From Rhodospirillaceae bacterium (GTDB lineage Bacteria; Pseudomonadota; Alphaproteobacteria; UBA7985), in NCBI GenBank assembly GCA_038141425.1, contig JAYQIC010000011.1:319681-383680 (forward strand): a DNA stretch of 64,000 bases, read 5' to 3'. Position 1 is the stretch's first letter, and the number at the start of each line of letters is the position of its first letter. The notes beneath the pieces are model-generated. The model was given only the letters and a program-made list of their open reading frames with translations, was not told the DNA's origin and searched no databases. Shown here piece by piece: positions 63,334-64,000 of the stretch. The position numbers were made by a program, and so were the translations under genes.

Positions 63334-64000
63334 TCAGATTTTTGTCAGCACCGTTTCGGTCAGAAAAGCCGACAGGTCCACTACCGAATGATCAATGAAG
63401 CCATCTCCGTCTTCCAGACCCATATTCCCCCACGCCGTATCGGTGACGATGTGGGCGGTCTTCATGCCGAGGTCCTTGGCTGTGCGCAGGTTGCGGGGGC
63501 TGTCCTCGAAGAAAATGGAGCGGGTCGGGTCGACGCTGTGCTCGGCAAAGAAGGTTTCAAAGGCAATCGGGCGGGGCTTGGGCTTGAAGTCGATGGTGCG
63601 GATATCGGCGATAGCCTCGAAGCTGTCCGGCGGAAAACCGAGCTGATCCAGACAGGCGTGGGCGTGCTCACGGAAGCCGTTGGTAAAGACCAGCAACCGG
63701 CCGGGCAAGCGGGCCACAGCGTCAACCAGTGCCGGGTTGCGGGGAATGCGGCCGTAGTCGACCTGCATCAGAAAGCGGGCGTAGGCGTCGATTTCGATCC
63801 CGTGCTCGGCCACCAGACCGGCCAGCGTGGTGCCGTATTCCAGAAACAGCCGCCGCTGTTCCAGCTTGGCTTCGTCCAGCGGCAGATCGAAGGTCTCTGC
63901 AACGTAAAGCCCCATGCGCTCGGCCACCTGCGGGAAGAAGTTGGAACTGGCCGGGTAGAGGGTGTCGTCGAGGTCGAAGACCCAAGTGTCGATATCGGAA
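63334..64000 (-). CDS. HAD-superfamily pyrimidine 5'-nucleotidase-like hydrolase (5' end beyond window)
   Basis: The frame stays open to base 64000. VFDLDDTLY is HAD motif I. The FEDSPRNL region is motif IV-like. Confidence 0.8.
   Translation of the reverse strand, partial: SDIDTWVFDLDDTLYPASSNFFPQVAERMGLYVAETFDLPLDEAKLEQRRLFLEYGTTLAGLVAEHGIEIDAYARFLMQVDYGRIPRNPALVDAVARLPGRLLVFTNGFREHAHACLDQLGFPPDSFEAIADIRTIDFKPKPRPIAFETFFAEHSVDPTRSIFFEDSPRNLRTAKDLGMKTAHIVTDTAWGNMGLEDGDGFIDHSVVDLSAFLTETVLTKI

Overview
GC-rich (about 64%) chromosomal core segment. It has alphaproteobacterial hallmarks by inference: CIRCE-groESL, ffs-dnaX-ybaB-recR synteny, ctaA and a membrane-anchored cytochrome c. I can support about 60 protein genes, one tRNA-Ser(GGA) and one SRP RNA. 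The genes include a partial B12 operon (cbiX-cobH-cobL-cobI-cbiG/cobJ-cobM), pdxH, aroC-fabI, glpK, an acyl-CoA dehydrogenase, groESL, lepA, a three-ORF cobalt-type nitrile-hydratase-family cluster, yejABEF, pheA, nudC, def-(DUF695-like)-fmt-truA and dapE-dapD. I saw no transposase, integrase, CRISPR array or recognisable defence genes. Three things are not explained by ordinary gene annotation. (1) Five strictly intergenic clusters, about 1.9 kb in total, are built from a shared set of imperfect-palindrome modules. This is a BIME/REP-like mosaic family that I do not recognise. (2) About 30 reading-frame disruptions occur, almost all at short homopolymer runs, including compensating pairs inside otherwise open ORFs. 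This points to indel sequencing error rather than gene decay, so the ORF track is fragmented and I merged pieces by reading across frames. (3) The nitrile-hydratase-family cluster has a split beta subunit, an alpha subunit with an N-terminal (His-Asp) repeat tail, and no recognisable activator gene. All product calls come from motif and family recognition by eye. No database search was run.
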